Positions 44,201 to 54,700 of a DNA stretch of 64,000 bases are shown here, piece after piece. Made by a program: the position numbers and the translations under genes. Source of the stretch: a virus; IMG/VR virus record IMGVR_UViG_3300032893_000011, positions 1-64,000 of that record. The stretch is one strand, 5' to 3'. The notes beneath the pieces are model-generated. The model saw only the letters and a program-made list of their open reading frames with translations. It was not told where the DNA came from and made no database searches. Within the stretch, counting starts at the first letter, position 1. Every line of letters begins with the position of its first letter.

Positions 44201-44965
44201 ATGACCGTCCCGGCGATCATCTACCCGGTCCGCGACGGCGAGCACAACCCCGAGCTGGCGTATTCGCTGCGATCCCTGGCCAACCTGCCGCACGGGCCGG
44301 TGTTCGTGGTGGGCTACAAGCCGACGTGGGTCCGCGGTGTCGAATACATCCCCGGCGGCAACGCCTCGCAGTGGCCGCGGGCCAACCTGTACAACAACCT
44401 GCGGCTGGCCTGCGCGCACCCCGGCGTGCCCGACGAGCTGGTCATCATGAACGACGACATGTACATCACCGCCCCGGTCGACTCGGTGCCCGTCCTGTGG
44501 CGCACCCCCACCATGGAGGCCTCGCTGAAGGAGCTGGTGCGGCGCGTCGGCGCGCGCGGCTGGTGGCAGGACTCGCTGCAAACCACCCTGCGGGCCCTGC
44601 GTGACGTGGGTGTCGCCGAGCCGGGCTGCTACGAGATACACACCCCGTTCCCCTGCGACCGCGACCTCATGGCCCAGACGCTGGCCCGGTTCGCCCACCT
44701 GACACCGCACAACCCGCCGCAGTGGCGCACCCTCTACGGCGTCCTGCACCACCGCGACCCCAAACTGCACATCGACCCCAAGATGCTGCGCCCCGGCCCG
44801 CTGCACCACCCGTTCCACTCCACAGAGGACCACAGCTTCAAATACTTCCGGTCACGCTTGAACGAGATGTTCCCGCAGCCCAGCCCGTACGAAACCGAGC
44901 CGGTTGTTGCACGCCATCCCGTTACTGTCAGGCCAAGACCCGCCAGGGGTGCCCGAGCCAGATAG
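44201..44965 (+). CDS. Stealth-like sugar-phosphotransferase / glycosyltransferase
   Basis: ELAYSLRSL, IMNDDMY, YEIHTP, RTLYG, FPQPSPYE. Confidence 0.65.
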   Translation: MTVPAIIYPVRDGEHNPELAYSLRSLANLPHGPVFVVGYKPTWVRGVEYIPGGNASQWPRANLYNNLRLACAHPGVPDELVIMNDDMYITAPVDSVPVLWRTPTMEASLKELVRRVGARGWWQDSLQTTLRALRDVGVAEPGCYEIHTPFPCDRDLMAQTLARFAHLTPHNPPQWRTLYGVLHHRDPKLHIDPKMLRPGPLHHPFHSTEDHSFKYFRSRLNEMFPQPSPYETEPVVARHPVTVRPRPARGARAR

Positions 44966-44985
44966 GAAAGTCGCAGGAAGAAGAC

Positions 44986-45801
44986 ATGTCGACGTTTCCC
45001 CTGCTTTTCGGCGAGGCACTGCGCGCAACCCGCATCAACAGCTGCGGCCTGCCGATAGCCGGCGCGCAGAACCGCATCTGCATCGAGGGCTTCGTGTCGG
45101 TCAACCTCGGCCGCGAGATGAAACAGGCCAACGACATCGAGCAGATCAACGCCCAGGGCCTGGTGTGCGTATCCGACCGCACCCCGCCGGTGCGCAAGTG
45201 GTACAACGTCGACCTGGAGATCTGCTCGATGGCCACCGGGCTGGTGTCGATGTTCACCGGCTGGCCCGCCGTGCTGGACTATGCGGGCAACCCCGTCGGT
45301 GTGCGCGACAAGTCCACCGTCGACCCCAACTACGGCGTCGCGTTCGAGGTGTGGACGGGCGGGCGGGCGTCCACCGACTGCCCCGCCGTCACCAACGACG
45401 ACGGCGTGTTCACGTCCGGCGGCACCGGCAAGTCCTACGGGTACCTGCTGTTCGGGGTGATCGAGATCGCGGTCACCTCCGACATCAAGATCAGCGCCGA
45501 CCTGCAGACCATCACGCTGAGCGGCATCACCACACCCATGACCCAGTGGGGCCGCGGCCCCTACAACGTGGTCGACGTCGGCGCGAACCAGGCAGGGCGG
45601 CTGCTCACCCCGTTCCCGTCCGACCCGCACATCCACATCGAACGCACCCCCGTCCCCCCGCCCGCCTACACCGAGTCGGGGGAGCCCACCAGCCTGGAGA
45701 TCGCCAGCATCTTCACGCCCCCGAACTACTACTTCGGCGGGCCCGCTGGCCAGGCCGCCTGCAGCGTCGCCCCGGCGCAGAACATCGGCTCCTGGGAGTG
45801 A
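44986..45801 (+). CDS. Major tail protein
   Basis: RATRINSCG, NAQGLVC, AFEVWTG, WGRGPYNV. Confidence 0.82.
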   Translation: MSTFPLLFGEALRATRINSCGLPIAGAQNRICIEGFVSVNLGREMKQANDIEQINAQGLVCVSDRTPPVRKWYNVDLEICSMATGLVSMFTGWPAVLDYAGNPVGVRDKSTVDPNYGVAFEVWTGGRASTDCPAVTNDDGVFTSGGTGKSYGYLLFGVIEIAVTSDIKISADLQTITLSGITTPMTQWGRGPYNVVDVGANQAGRLLTPFPSDPHIHIERTPVPPPAYTESGEPTSLEIASIFTPPNYYFGGPAGQAACSVAPAQNIGSWE

Positions 45802-45804
45802 CCC

Positions 45805-46119
45805 GTGGGCCAGATCCTGGTCGTGGCCGGGCCGTCGAACCGGGTGTACAAGCTGCCCGGCGAGATCCGCGACGTGACGATCGACTGGACGTCTGACCTG
45901 CCGGCCGGGACCAGCATCGTCGACACCACGTTCGCCGCCGCCGACCCCACCCTAACGCTCGGGCCGCCCACCTACAGCGGCACCCAAACCGGGGTGCGCC
46001 TGGCCGGGGGCAACCCCAACACCAGCTACAGCGTCCTGAACTCGGCGTACCTGGACGACGGGGAGATCCACCAGTACCCGTTCACCGTGGCATGCGGGAG
46101 CAGCCCCGGTGCCGGCTGA
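45805..46119 (+). CDS. Virion structural protein (fibre adaptor-like)
   Basis: KLPGEIRDVTIDW..RLAGG motif, tail module. Confidence 0.55.
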   Translation: MGQILVVAGPSNRVYKLPGEIRDVTIDWTSDLPAGTSIVDTTFAAADPTLTLGPPTYSGTQTGVRLAGGNPNTSYSVLNSAYLDDGEIHQYPFTVACGSSPGAG

Positions 46120-46642
46120 CACGGCCGGTATCACCGGCGACTTTCTGTTCGAGCGCCGCGACGCCGCGGGCAATCTCCTCGAAACGGCCCGCGGCCACAA
46201 CATCGTCACCGACATCGGCAACCAGCTCTACGGCGAGCACGGCGCCGGTGTCGGCAGCACCGTCGCCGTGCCCACCGGGATGCGGCTGGGCACCGGGGCG
46301 GTCACCGGCGCCAACACCCCCGCCAACACCGGCACAGGCGCCGCGCTGGCCGCCTACCTGCCCGGGTCGGGGCTGGCGCTGGACGCGTCGTACCCGCAGT
46401 CCACGCAGCCCGCCGGGCCGGGGACCGCCCGCGTCATCACCTACAAGTGCACCTACCAGGCCGGCGAGGGGACGTCGGCGGTGCCGATCACCGAGGCCGT
46501 CATCGTCAACGACAACATCACCGTCGACTCCGCGTCCGCGGCGGCCAACACGATCGCGCGGGTGGCGGTCGCCGGGATCAGCGCCAAAGGCCCCTCCGAC
46601 ACCCTCACCGCCAGCTGGCAGCATTCGCTACTCGGGTCCTGA
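46109..46642 (+). CDS. Virion structural protein (tail collar/fibre-like)
   Basis: HNIVTDIG, LGTG, ITEA, KGPSDTLTASW. Confidence 0.6.
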   Translation: MPADTAGITGDFLFERRDAAGNLLETARGHNIVTDIGNQLYGEHGAGVGSTVAVPTGMRLGTGAVTGANTPANTGTGAALAAYLPGSGLALDASYPQSTQPAGPGTARVITYKCTYQAGEGTSAVPITEAVIVNDNITVDSASAAANTIARVAVAGISAKGPSDTLTASWQHSLLGS

Positions 46643-46650
46643 GCATTAGG

Positions 46651-47322
46651 ATGGCTGCCGTGTTCGACGCGACCGTCGCCATCCCGTGGCGACCCACACC
46701 CGAGCGGATACCCACCCACGACCGGGTCGTCAAATTCTGGCACGACCACGGGTTCGACGTGATCGAGGCCGACTCAGACCCCGCCAAGCCGTGGCTGGCC
46801 GGGCAGGCCCGCAACAACGCCGTCCGGGCGGCCACCACCGACATCGTCATCGTGATGGACGCCGACATGATCGTGCACGACATCCGCCAGATCGACGCCG
46901 CCGTCATCAAAGCCGCACAGGGATTCGTGGTGTGGCCCTACACCGTGTACCGGGCGATCCCCGCGGCCTGCGTCGACGAGGACGACCTGTACGGCTGCGA
47001 GGTGCTCGTCGAAAGCGCCAACGAGCACCCGTGCGGGATCGTGGCGCGGCGCGACGTCTACTGGGACCTCGGAGGCTACGACGAGGGCTTCACGCCCGGG
47101 GTGTGGGGCTGGGAGGACACCGCGTTCGCGATGGTCGCCCGCACCCTGGCGCCGCACGGGCGGATACACGGGCTGCTGTACGCGTTCGACCACGGCGGCG
47201 CCCACGACATGACCGACGACAACCCCAACAAGCCCCGCGCCTGCCTGTACACCTACGCCGAGCAGGACCCCCGCCTGATGAGGGCCCTGATCGGCTTCAA
47301 CCCCGCCCGCCGTTCACCATGA
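46651..47322 (+). CDS. Glycosyltransferase GT2/GT7C-like
   Basis: VAIPWR, ARNNAV, MDADM, GGYDEGF..WGWED; start may be GTG 46660. Confidence 0.85.
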   Translation: MAAVFDATVAIPWRPTPERIPTHDRVVKFWHDHGFDVIEADSDPAKPWLAGQARNNAVRAATTDIVIVMDADMIVHDIRQIDAAVIKAAQGFVVWPYTVYRAIPAACVDEDDLYGCEVLVESANEHPCGIVARRDVYWDLGGYDEGFTPGVWGWEDTAFAMVARTLAPHGRIHGLLYAFDHGGAHDMTDDNPNKPRACLYTYAEQDPRLMRALIGFNPARRSP

Positions 47323-47618
47323 CGACGACAACCAACCCGCGGCCCGTCCAAGGGGCGGCGAACCTGCTGGTCGCCGACTTCTCCCAGATCACCGACTCCC
47401 ACATCAAACGCGCCAACGCCGGCAACACCGTCGAGGCGATGGTCGCGGCCTACCGCGCCGAATTCGGCGCCGCCGACCCGCCCAGCGTGGCGGAGGTCAC
47501 CCAGAACGCGCTGATGTTCATGCACATCGCCGAACATGAGGCCAAGGGCACGGAGATGATCTGCTGGTGTCTGGCCGACGCCCTCTCCAGGCTGGCGAAA
47601 GGCAAACGAGGCCGATGA
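47319..47618 (+). CDS. Hypothetical protein
   Basis: ATGA-coupled on both sides. Confidence 0.55.
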   Translation: MTTTTNPRPVQGAANLLVADFSQITDSHIKRANAGNTVEAMVAAYRAEFGAADPPSVAEVTQNALMFMHIAEHEAKGTEMICWCLADALSRLAKGKRGR

Positions 47619-49309
47619 GCGACATGTTCGTGGTGTGCCCCGCCGGGGTCGTCACCGGCGGCCCGGAGCTGTGCCACAAGTTCGTCGCAGCGGTCAACCG
47701 CATCACCCCAGGCCGCGCCGCGGTCGTCTACTTCCCGTTCTCCGGGCGGCACGTCACCCCCGAGCCGTACCGCCGCTACGGGGCGCCGGTGGCCACCGTC
47801 GAGGACTTCACCCCCACCTCGACGGTGATCCTGCCCGAGGTGTACGCCGACCTGGTGGGCACCGCCCCGCCGTGCCGCCTGTGGTTCTGGTGGATGAGCG
47901 TCGACTACTTCGTGGCCGGCGCCACCGACGTCGCCGAGCGCGTCGAAACGCTGCGCCGCCGCATCGACCTGCACATCTACTCCAGCGAATACGCGCGCCT
48001 GTACCTGGAGGCCAACGAACTCGGCCCGGCCGCGCGGCTGTTCGACTACGTCGCCGACGAATTCCTCGCCGCCCCGCCCACCGGGCAGCGCCGCGACGTG
48101 GTGGCGTTCAACCCCCGCAAGGGCCTGTGGCGCACCGAACGGGTCCTAGGGGCCCTCACGGCGCGGTTCGGGGAGCACGACCAACCCAAGGCCGTGGCGC
48201 TGGAGGACATGACCCGCGACGAGGTCATAGAAGTCCTCTCCCACGCCAAGTGTTACATCGACTTCGGGCCGCACCCGGGCAAGGACCGGCTGCCCGCCGA
48301 GGCCGCGTCGCTGGGCTGCTGCGTGGTCACCAACCGCCGCGGCGCCGCAGCCAACCCCGTCGACATCGCCATCCCCACCGACCTGAAAATCGACGACGCG
48401 GAGGAGGGCTGCGAGGAACGCGCCGCCGATCTGATCCACGTGATGCTCACCGACTACCCCCGCCAGACACGGCGCTTCGACGGCTACCGTGCGGTGATCG
48501 CCGCCGAGCCGGCCCAGTTCGCCGCCGACGTGGCCGAGCTGCTGGCCCGGTCCGCCCCCGGCGCCGTCCACGAAGCGACAGCCGGGTGGGAGCAGATCAA
48601 AGGCGAGTACGTGTCGGTGGCCCCCGCCGAACCCAACCGGCTGCTGGTTATACGGCCCCTGTGGCACCACGTCGACGTCGAATGGCTGCTGATGTGGGAC
48701 GCGATGGACAAAACCCACGTCACCGACGTGCTGACCGTCAACGGCGCGTGCCTGTCCATGGCGATGCAGGACATGGTCGACCGGGCGCTGGAGCGCGACG
48801 ACTGGACGCACCTGGTGATCCACGAGCACGACAACGTAGCCGACAAGGACGCGTTCGACAGGATTGCCCGCTACGGCGACGAGCACCACATCGTCGGGTC
48901 GCTGTACTGCATGCACGACCCGCCGCACCGGGCCTACGCCTACCTGCCCGACGGCGAAGGCAACCTGCGCCAGATCAACGCCCGGGCCGTGCAGATCGGT
49001 CTGGCGCGCCCCGCGCTGTACGAGGTCGCCGCGGTGGGGTTCGGGTTCACCACCATCGCCCGCTGGGTCCTCGAAAAATGGCCCGCCGACCTGAAAATGT
49101 TCGTGCCCGACAGTCCCGACGTCGGCTACTCGCACGACCTGTGGTTCTGCCAGACCGCCCGCACCAAACTCGGGGCGCGGGTGTGGATAGACTTCGGGCT
49201 CGTCACCGGCCACCTCACCAAGAAAGCGGTCTGGCCGGCCGACAACCAACGCTTCCTGGGCCGCGACGACCCGGAACTGTTCCCCGACCGAAAGCCGGCC
49301 AAGAAATGA
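47615..49309 (+). CDS. Two-domain glycosyltransferase (GT-B-like + GT-A-like)
   Basis: TGGPELCH, ILPEVY, YIDFGPHPGKDRLPAEAA; C-terminal EHDN, VGFGFT, HDLWFC, GHL. Confidence 0.75.
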   Translation: MSDMFVVCPAGVVTGGPELCHKFVAAVNRITPGRAAVVYFPFSGRHVTPEPYRRYGAPVATVEDFTPTSTVILPEVYADLVGTAPPCRLWFWWMSVDYFVAGATDVAERVETLRRRIDLHIYSSEYARLYLEANELGPAARLFDYVADEFLAAPPTGQRRDVVAFNPRKGLWRTERVLGALTARFGEHDQPKAVALEDMTRDEVIEVLSHAKCYIDFGPHPGKDRLPAEAASLGCCVVTNRRGAAANPVDIAIPTDLKIDDAEEGCEERAADLIHVMLTDYPRQTRRFDGYRAVIAAEPAQFAADVAELLARSAPGAVHEATAGWEQIKGEYVSVAPAEPNRLLVIRPLWHHVDVEWLLMWDAMDKTHVTDVLTVNGACLSMAMQDMVDRALERDDWTHLVIHEHDNVADKDAFDRIARYGDEHHIVGSLYCMHDPPHRAYAYLPDGEGNLRQINARAVQIGLARPALYEVAAVGFGFTTIARWVLEKWPADLKMFVPDSPDVGYSHDLWFCQTARTKLGARVWIDFGLVTGHLTKKAVWPADNQRFLGRDDPELFPDRKPAKK

Positions 49310-49461
49310 GCGACATAGTCATCGGCGCCTCGATAGAGGCCACCGCCTCCGTGTACACCGCCGGGGAGAAGGTGCTGGCGCTGCACGCCCTGATCGCCTC
49401 CGACATCACCGACGCGGCGTTCCGCGCCCAGGCGAAGGAGATCCTCGGGCCTACACCCTGA
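49306..49461 (+). CDS. Small hypothetical protein
   Basis: ATGA-coupled, 51 aa. Confidence 0.45.
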   Translation: MSDIVIGASIEATASVYTAGEKVLALHALIASDITDAAFRAQAKEILGPTP

Positions 49462-49515
49462 GTCCGTAGAGTCCCGCGTAAGCACAAGGACCGCTCACAG
49501 AAGGGTGCCCGGCTA

Positions 49516-49905
49516 ATGGCTGATGGCCTCGCGACAGTCGCATGCGCCAACGCGCTGCTCAACACCCTGGTCGGCACGTCGTTTTCCGTCTCGTCGCTCT
49601 ACATCGAGAACCACACCGCCGCCACGGGCGCAGCCGGGACGACGGGCGGGTCGACCGGGTCGACGGTGCGCCCCCGCCTGTACATGGCGGCGGCGGTGAC
49701 GGGAACGATCACGATGAGCTCCACCGCCCCCAGCTGGACCAACACCGGGGTCACCGAAACCATCACCGACCAGGCTGTCTGGTCGTCAAGCTCGGGGGGC
49801 ACGTTCTACTGGTCGGTGCAGCTGACCCTGTCCAAGGCGTGGGCGTCCGGCGACACGCTGACGCAGAACACCTGCCAGCTAGCCCTTTCGCCGCTGGCCG
49901 CCTAA
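49516..49905 (+). CDS. Small tail fibre-associated structural protein
   Basis: Thr/Ser/Gly-rich, VWSSSSGGTF, GDTL. Confidence 0.6.
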   Translation: MADGLATVACANALLNTLVGTSFSVSSLYIENHTAATGAAGTTGGSTGSTVRPRLYMAAAVTGTITMSSTAPSWTNTGVTETITDQAVWSSSSGGTFYWSVQLTLSKAWASGDTLTQNTCQLALSPLAA

Positions 49906-49946
49906 GCCGCGCCCGGGGGCACACGGTGGCTGGCTAGGCTCGGCGC

Positions 49947-51479
49947 ATGACCACAGCACCGCGCGTGCAGGGCCTCATCGGCGCCCTGCAGGTTTGGCTG
50001 GCCGCCCACCCGACATCCCCGGAAGCCCCCGACGTGAAGGCGCTCATCCAGGTGTTGGGGACGCCGGCCACGGTGCCCGCGCCGGTCGCGGGCGCGCCGC
50101 TGCACGCCCTGGTCGCCGACCTGGCCGCCGTCCTGGACGCCTGGGAAACCAGCCACCCGCTCACCCCGCCACCCCCTCCTCCCCCACCGCCGCCGCCGGT
50201 CCCGGTCGTCACGTCGGTCACCCCCAACACGGGCGTCGACACCGGCGGCACGACCGTGTCCGTCGCCGGCAGCGGCTTCACCGGGGCCACCGCGGTCGAC
50301 TTCGGGACCGCCCCGGCCTCGTTCAGCGTCGTGTCCGACGCCGCGGTGTCGGCGGTGTCGCCCGCCGGGGCGGACGCGGCCGTGGACGTGACGGTGACCA
50401 CCCCGGGCGGCGTGTCCACGACCAGCGCCGTCGACCGGTTCACCTACACCCCGCCCCCACCCCCGCCGCCCCCGCCGCCGCCCGGGCTGCCGCCGCTGTG
50501 GAACGCCGCACCGCCCGCCGGGGTGTGCGCGGCACCGAGCGGCCCCTACGTCGGGGTGCCCGGCGACTGGGCGTACGGCATCCAAACCACAACCGAGGTG
50601 TTCGACAACTTCGACGGCCCGGCGGGCTCCGCCATCAACCAGACCCTGTGGCAGCTCGACAGCATCAACCAGGGCGGCAACCAGACCTACGACCCGTCCA
50701 CCGACCGGGTCTACCTCGACGGCGACTCCAACGTGGTCCTCAAGGCCACCGGCGTCGGCGGCACCTACAGCAACACCAGCTGCGACCATCCCTACATATC
50801 GCAGCCCGGCGACACGTGGGCGAGCATCGCCGCGGCGTGGGGCACCAGCCCCGCGGTCCTGCGGGAGTACGTCAACCAGGGGATCCTCAACGAGGGGGTC
50901 ACCACGCCGTTCCCGCCGGGCACCGCCATCACCATCCCCAACATCAGCGGCCGGTTCACGTCGCGGCAGCGGTTCAACATGGGGCTCGGCTGGTCCGCGG
51001 CGCGGGTCAAGTTCCCCAAGTCCGTCGCCCAGACGTCGGGCCTGTCGTGGTTCCCCGCGGTGTGGCAGCTCTATGTCGCGTACAACCAGCTGCCGGGCAA
51101 CTATCTCGAAATAGACATGATGGAGATGTTCGGCGACTCCACGAAGTACAACACGCACGTCTACCTGCACAAGAACCCGATGACCACGCTGCAGGACGAG
51201 CTGCCGGTGCCCAACGGGGTCAACGCCGGCGACGACTTCCACACCTACTGGATGCTGCGCACCGCCGACGAGATCCAGATCGGCGTCGACAGCCTGATCA
51301 TGGGGGCGTGGACGTCGGCTAACGTGCCGGCCGGGGTGTGGCCCGACACGCAGCAGAGCGTCTATTGGATCATCAACTTCGCCATGGACCCGGGCTACCT
51401 GGCGCACCCGAAAGCCAGCGACTTCCCCGCGTACATGCTCGTCGATTGGGTGTGGTTCAAACCCCTAGCGCTGCTGTGA
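49947..51479 (+). CDS. IPT/TIG + GH16 glycoside hydrolase with inserted LysM
   Basis: PVVTSVTPN.G...GGT.V...GSGFTGA; FDNFDG; QPGDTWASIA (LysM); WFPAVW, EIDMME, FHTY, MLVDWV. Confidence 0.8.
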   Translation: MTTAPRVQGLIGALQVWLAAHPTSPEAPDVKALIQVLGTPATVPAPVAGAPLHALVADLAAVLDAWETSHPLTPPPPPPPPPPPVPVVTSVTPNTGVDTGGTTVSVAGSGFTGATAVDFGTAPASFSVVSDAAVSAVSPAGADAAVDVTVTTPGGVSTTSAVDRFTYTPPPPPPPPPPPGLPPLWNAAPPAGVCAAPSGPYVGVPGDWAYGIQTTTEVFDNFDGPAGSAINQTLWQLDSINQGGNQTYDPSTDRVYLDGDSNVVLKATGVGGTYSNTSCDHPYISQPGDTWASIAAAWGTSPAVLREYVNQGILNEGVTTPFPPGTAITIPNISGRFTSRQRFNMGLGWSAARVKFPKSVAQTSGLSWFPAVWQLYVAYNQLPGNYLEIDMMEMFGDSTKYNTHVYLHKNPMTTLQDELPVPNGVNAGDDFHTYWMLRTADEIQIGVDSLIMGAWTSANVPAGVWPDTQQSVYWIINFAMDPGYLAHPKASDFPAYMLVDWVWFKPLALL

Positions 51480-51486
51480 GGTAACC

Positions 51487-51783
51487 GTGGCCGTCGCCTA
51501 TAGCGCGGTCGGCGCTGGGGCGCACGGCACCAGCATCAACGCCCTCGCCTTCACCCACGCTATCGGCGCCTCCGACAACTGCCTGATGGTGGGGGTCGGC
51601 GCCTACTACGGCAGCTCCGGCTACTCGAGCTGGACCCGGTCCTGCGGCATCACGGCAGCGGCCGTTACCTGCGACTCGGTCGGCGCCGGCATCGCCAACG
51701 GCAGCTACACCGGCGGCACGGCCCAGACCTGCAGCCACACTGTGGTGCACAGCAGCCAGAGCCTACATAGCGACGGGGGATAG
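51487..51783 (+). CDS. Short protein resembling the N-terminus of the next gene
   Basis: MAVAYSAVGAG vs MAVIFDAVGAG; GAGG RBS. Confidence 0.5.
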   Translation: MAVAYSAVGAGAHGTSINALAFTHAIGASDNCLMVGVGAYYGSSGYSSWTRSCGITAAAVTCDSVGAGIANGSYTGGTAQTCSHTVVHSSQSLHSDGG

Positions 51784-51786
51784 CCG

Positions 51787-54700
51787 GTGGCTGTCATTTT
51801 CGATGCTGTCGGCGCCGGCAACGATGTTTGGGCGCAAACCACGGCGACAACCAACATTTCGTGGGCGCATAACGCGGCGTCCGGGGCGTGTGTTATCGCC
51901 GGAATGGCCAGCCGCGACACCACAACTTCATCAGCGGCCAGCACCGACACCAGCGAGTCCTGCAGCTACAACACCGTGGATATGGGCGCGGCGCTGGGCA
52001 CGTCGAAGCACAACAACTCGAACACCGGCTACGGAAACACCACCCTGTTCGGGATGACCGGAGCGCCCAGCGGCTCCAAGACCGTCGCCGCGTCGGTGAC
52101 CGACACCAACAATGAGGTGACCGGCCTGGCCGGCTGCTCGGTGTCTTACCTGGGTGTCGGCTCTATCAGCACGTGCTCCACCAACGGCGGCTCGGGCACG
52201 ACGGCGTCGATTTCGGTGACCGCCCCGGCTGGGGCGATGATCGTTGTGGCGTTCGGCGCCCCCAACGGCAGCTTTTCCGCGTTTAACGGCTCAACACGGT
52301 ACAACCACGCCTCGGCCGGCGGCACCGACGCCGGTTTCATGATCGGCGACGTCGCGGCCACCGGTTCGGCGCAAACAATCTCCGCGACAGTCACTAGCGG
52401 GTTCTGGTCGGCCATCGCCGTTATTCTGCTGCCGACCATCCCCGGCGCTGTTTTGAGCCGCGGCACGTCGGTTTCCGGCCCGACCGGCTCCACCTGGACA
52501 TATACGGGCGGGGCGGCCACCTCCGCCAATGCTTACGACGGCACTTTCGGCCTGTACCCGGTCACTTACTGCGTGTTCACAACTTCAACCGCCAATGCTG
52601 TCGGCACCATCACGCCGGGCGGGTATTTCGGCGCGGCGTCGGTGCCCACCGACGCCTCTATCACGATCAACGCGGTCTTGCGGGGATATGTCAACACCGT
52701 GGCGCGTTGGGCGAGCATCACCGCGCAGTTGTTGGACAGCGGCGGCTCGGCTATCGGGGCGGCGCAGACGATCACCCTGACCACGGCTGTATCGACGGTC
52801 GCGTTCACGCCTAACGTGGCGCCGACGCCGGCGCAGATCAACGCTGGGTTGCAGATGCTCGTCACCGCAACTCACGACGGCACGTCGTCGAGCGGCATTT
52901 TCCGCCTCGACAACGTCGACATCACGATTTCTTACACGCGCACGCCCGCCGACGCCGCCCAAACCGTCACAGCCACAGGCGCAGCCACCATCGCCCACAA
53001 CGCGCCCGTCGACGCCGCCGCAGCCGCCGTCGCATCCCCCACGGCCGCCCAGACCGCAGCCCTGCTCGCCAACGCCACCCAGACCGCGACGGCCACGACC
53101 GCCGCCACCCTGGTCGGTGCACTGCAAGCGAATGCGGCGCTGACCGCCACCGCCGCCGCGGCGGCGACCGCTACCCGCGCCGCCGTCTGCGATGCCGCGC
53201 AAACCGTCACCGCCGCGCCGACAACAACCCTGACCGCAGCGCTGTCCGCCAACGCGGCCCAGGCGGCCATCGCCACATCCGCCGCCACCGCGACCCGCGC
53301 CGCCGTCTGCGACGCAGCCCAGACGGGCATTGCAACCAGCGCAGCCACCCTGGCCGCGGCACTGCAAACCAACGCCGCCCAGACGGCCACCGCCGCACCG
53401 ACCGCGACCCTGACGGCCGCGCTGTCGGCGAACGCGACCCAGACCGTCGCCGCCAGCCCGGCGGCGCTCGCTGCCGCGGCGCTGCTCTCCAATGCCGCCC
53501 AGACGGTGACCGCGGCAGCGGCCGCCGCCGCGACCGCAGCGCTGCAGGCCAATACGGCGCAGACCGTCACCGCGACCGGGTCGGCTTCGTTAACGGCAGC
53601 GCTGCTCGCCAACGGCGCCCAGGCGGTCACGGCAACACCGGCGGCAACGCTCACCGGGGCGCTTCTGGCCAACGCCGCGCAGGCGGTGACGGCCGCCCCG
53701 GCTGCGACCGTCGCGCACAACACGCCAGTCGACGCCGCCGCAAGCATCGTCGGGTCCGCAGCAGCCACCCTCACCGGGGCGCTTCTGGCCGACGCCGCCC
53801 AGGCGGCCACAGCCACCGCGGTAGCCGCCGCCACCAGGGCGGCGGTCTGCGACGCAACCCAGGCAGTCGTGGCGGCCGCGGCGGCGAGCGCCAACACGGC
53901 ACTCAACGCAAACGCCGCCCAGACGGCCACGGCAACCGCCAGTGCCAGCCTGACCGCGGCGCTGCTGGCCAATACGGCGCAGACCGGGATGGCAGCGCCA
54001 ACCGCCACCCTGGCCGCGGCGCTGTTGAGCAACGCTGCCCAGACGGCCTCGGCAACCGCGACAGCGACAGCGACCGCCGCGCTGCAGGCCAACGCCGCGC
54101 AGGCGGTGACGGCCGCCCCGGCTGCGACCCTGACCGGGGCCCTGCTCGCCAATGCGGCGCAAACCGCGACGGCCGCGAGTGCCGCCACCCTGGCCGCCGT
54201 ACTCCTGGGCAACGCCGCACAGGCGGTGACCGCGACCCCAACCGCGACCGCGGCCCACAACGCGACCGCCGACACCGCCCAGACCGTCACCGCCACCGGG
54301 TTGGCCTCATTGACCGCGGCACTGAAAGCCGACGCCGCCCAAACCATCACCGCCACCGCCGCGGCCGCCGCCGCCGGAGGCGCCGACGCACCGCAAACCG
54401 TTAACGCCACCGCCGCCGCCACCCTGACAGCAGCGCTACTCGCCAACGCGACACAGACCGTGACCGCAACCGCGGCGACCACCGCCACCCGGGCAGCTGT
54501 CTGCGACGCCGCGCAGAGCATCACCGCCGCGCCATCGGCGAGCGCCACCAGGGCCGCAATATGCGACGCTGCGGCGGCAGTGACAGGCAGCGCCTCGGCA
54601 GCACTGACCGCAGCACTGCAAGCCAACGCGGCACAAACGGGCATAGCCGCTGCGGCTGCCACCCTCGCGCACAACGCTCAACCCGCCGCCGCGCAGACCG

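Noticed and set aside
172-49461. Many long Arg/Pro-rich alternative-frame ORFs (e.g. 172, 2609, 24597, 47635)
   Set aside because: Typical off-frame products of high-GC genes, overlapping well-supported CDSs, unlike the basic peptides at 28.6-31 kb that occupy otherwise empty space with RBS and coupling
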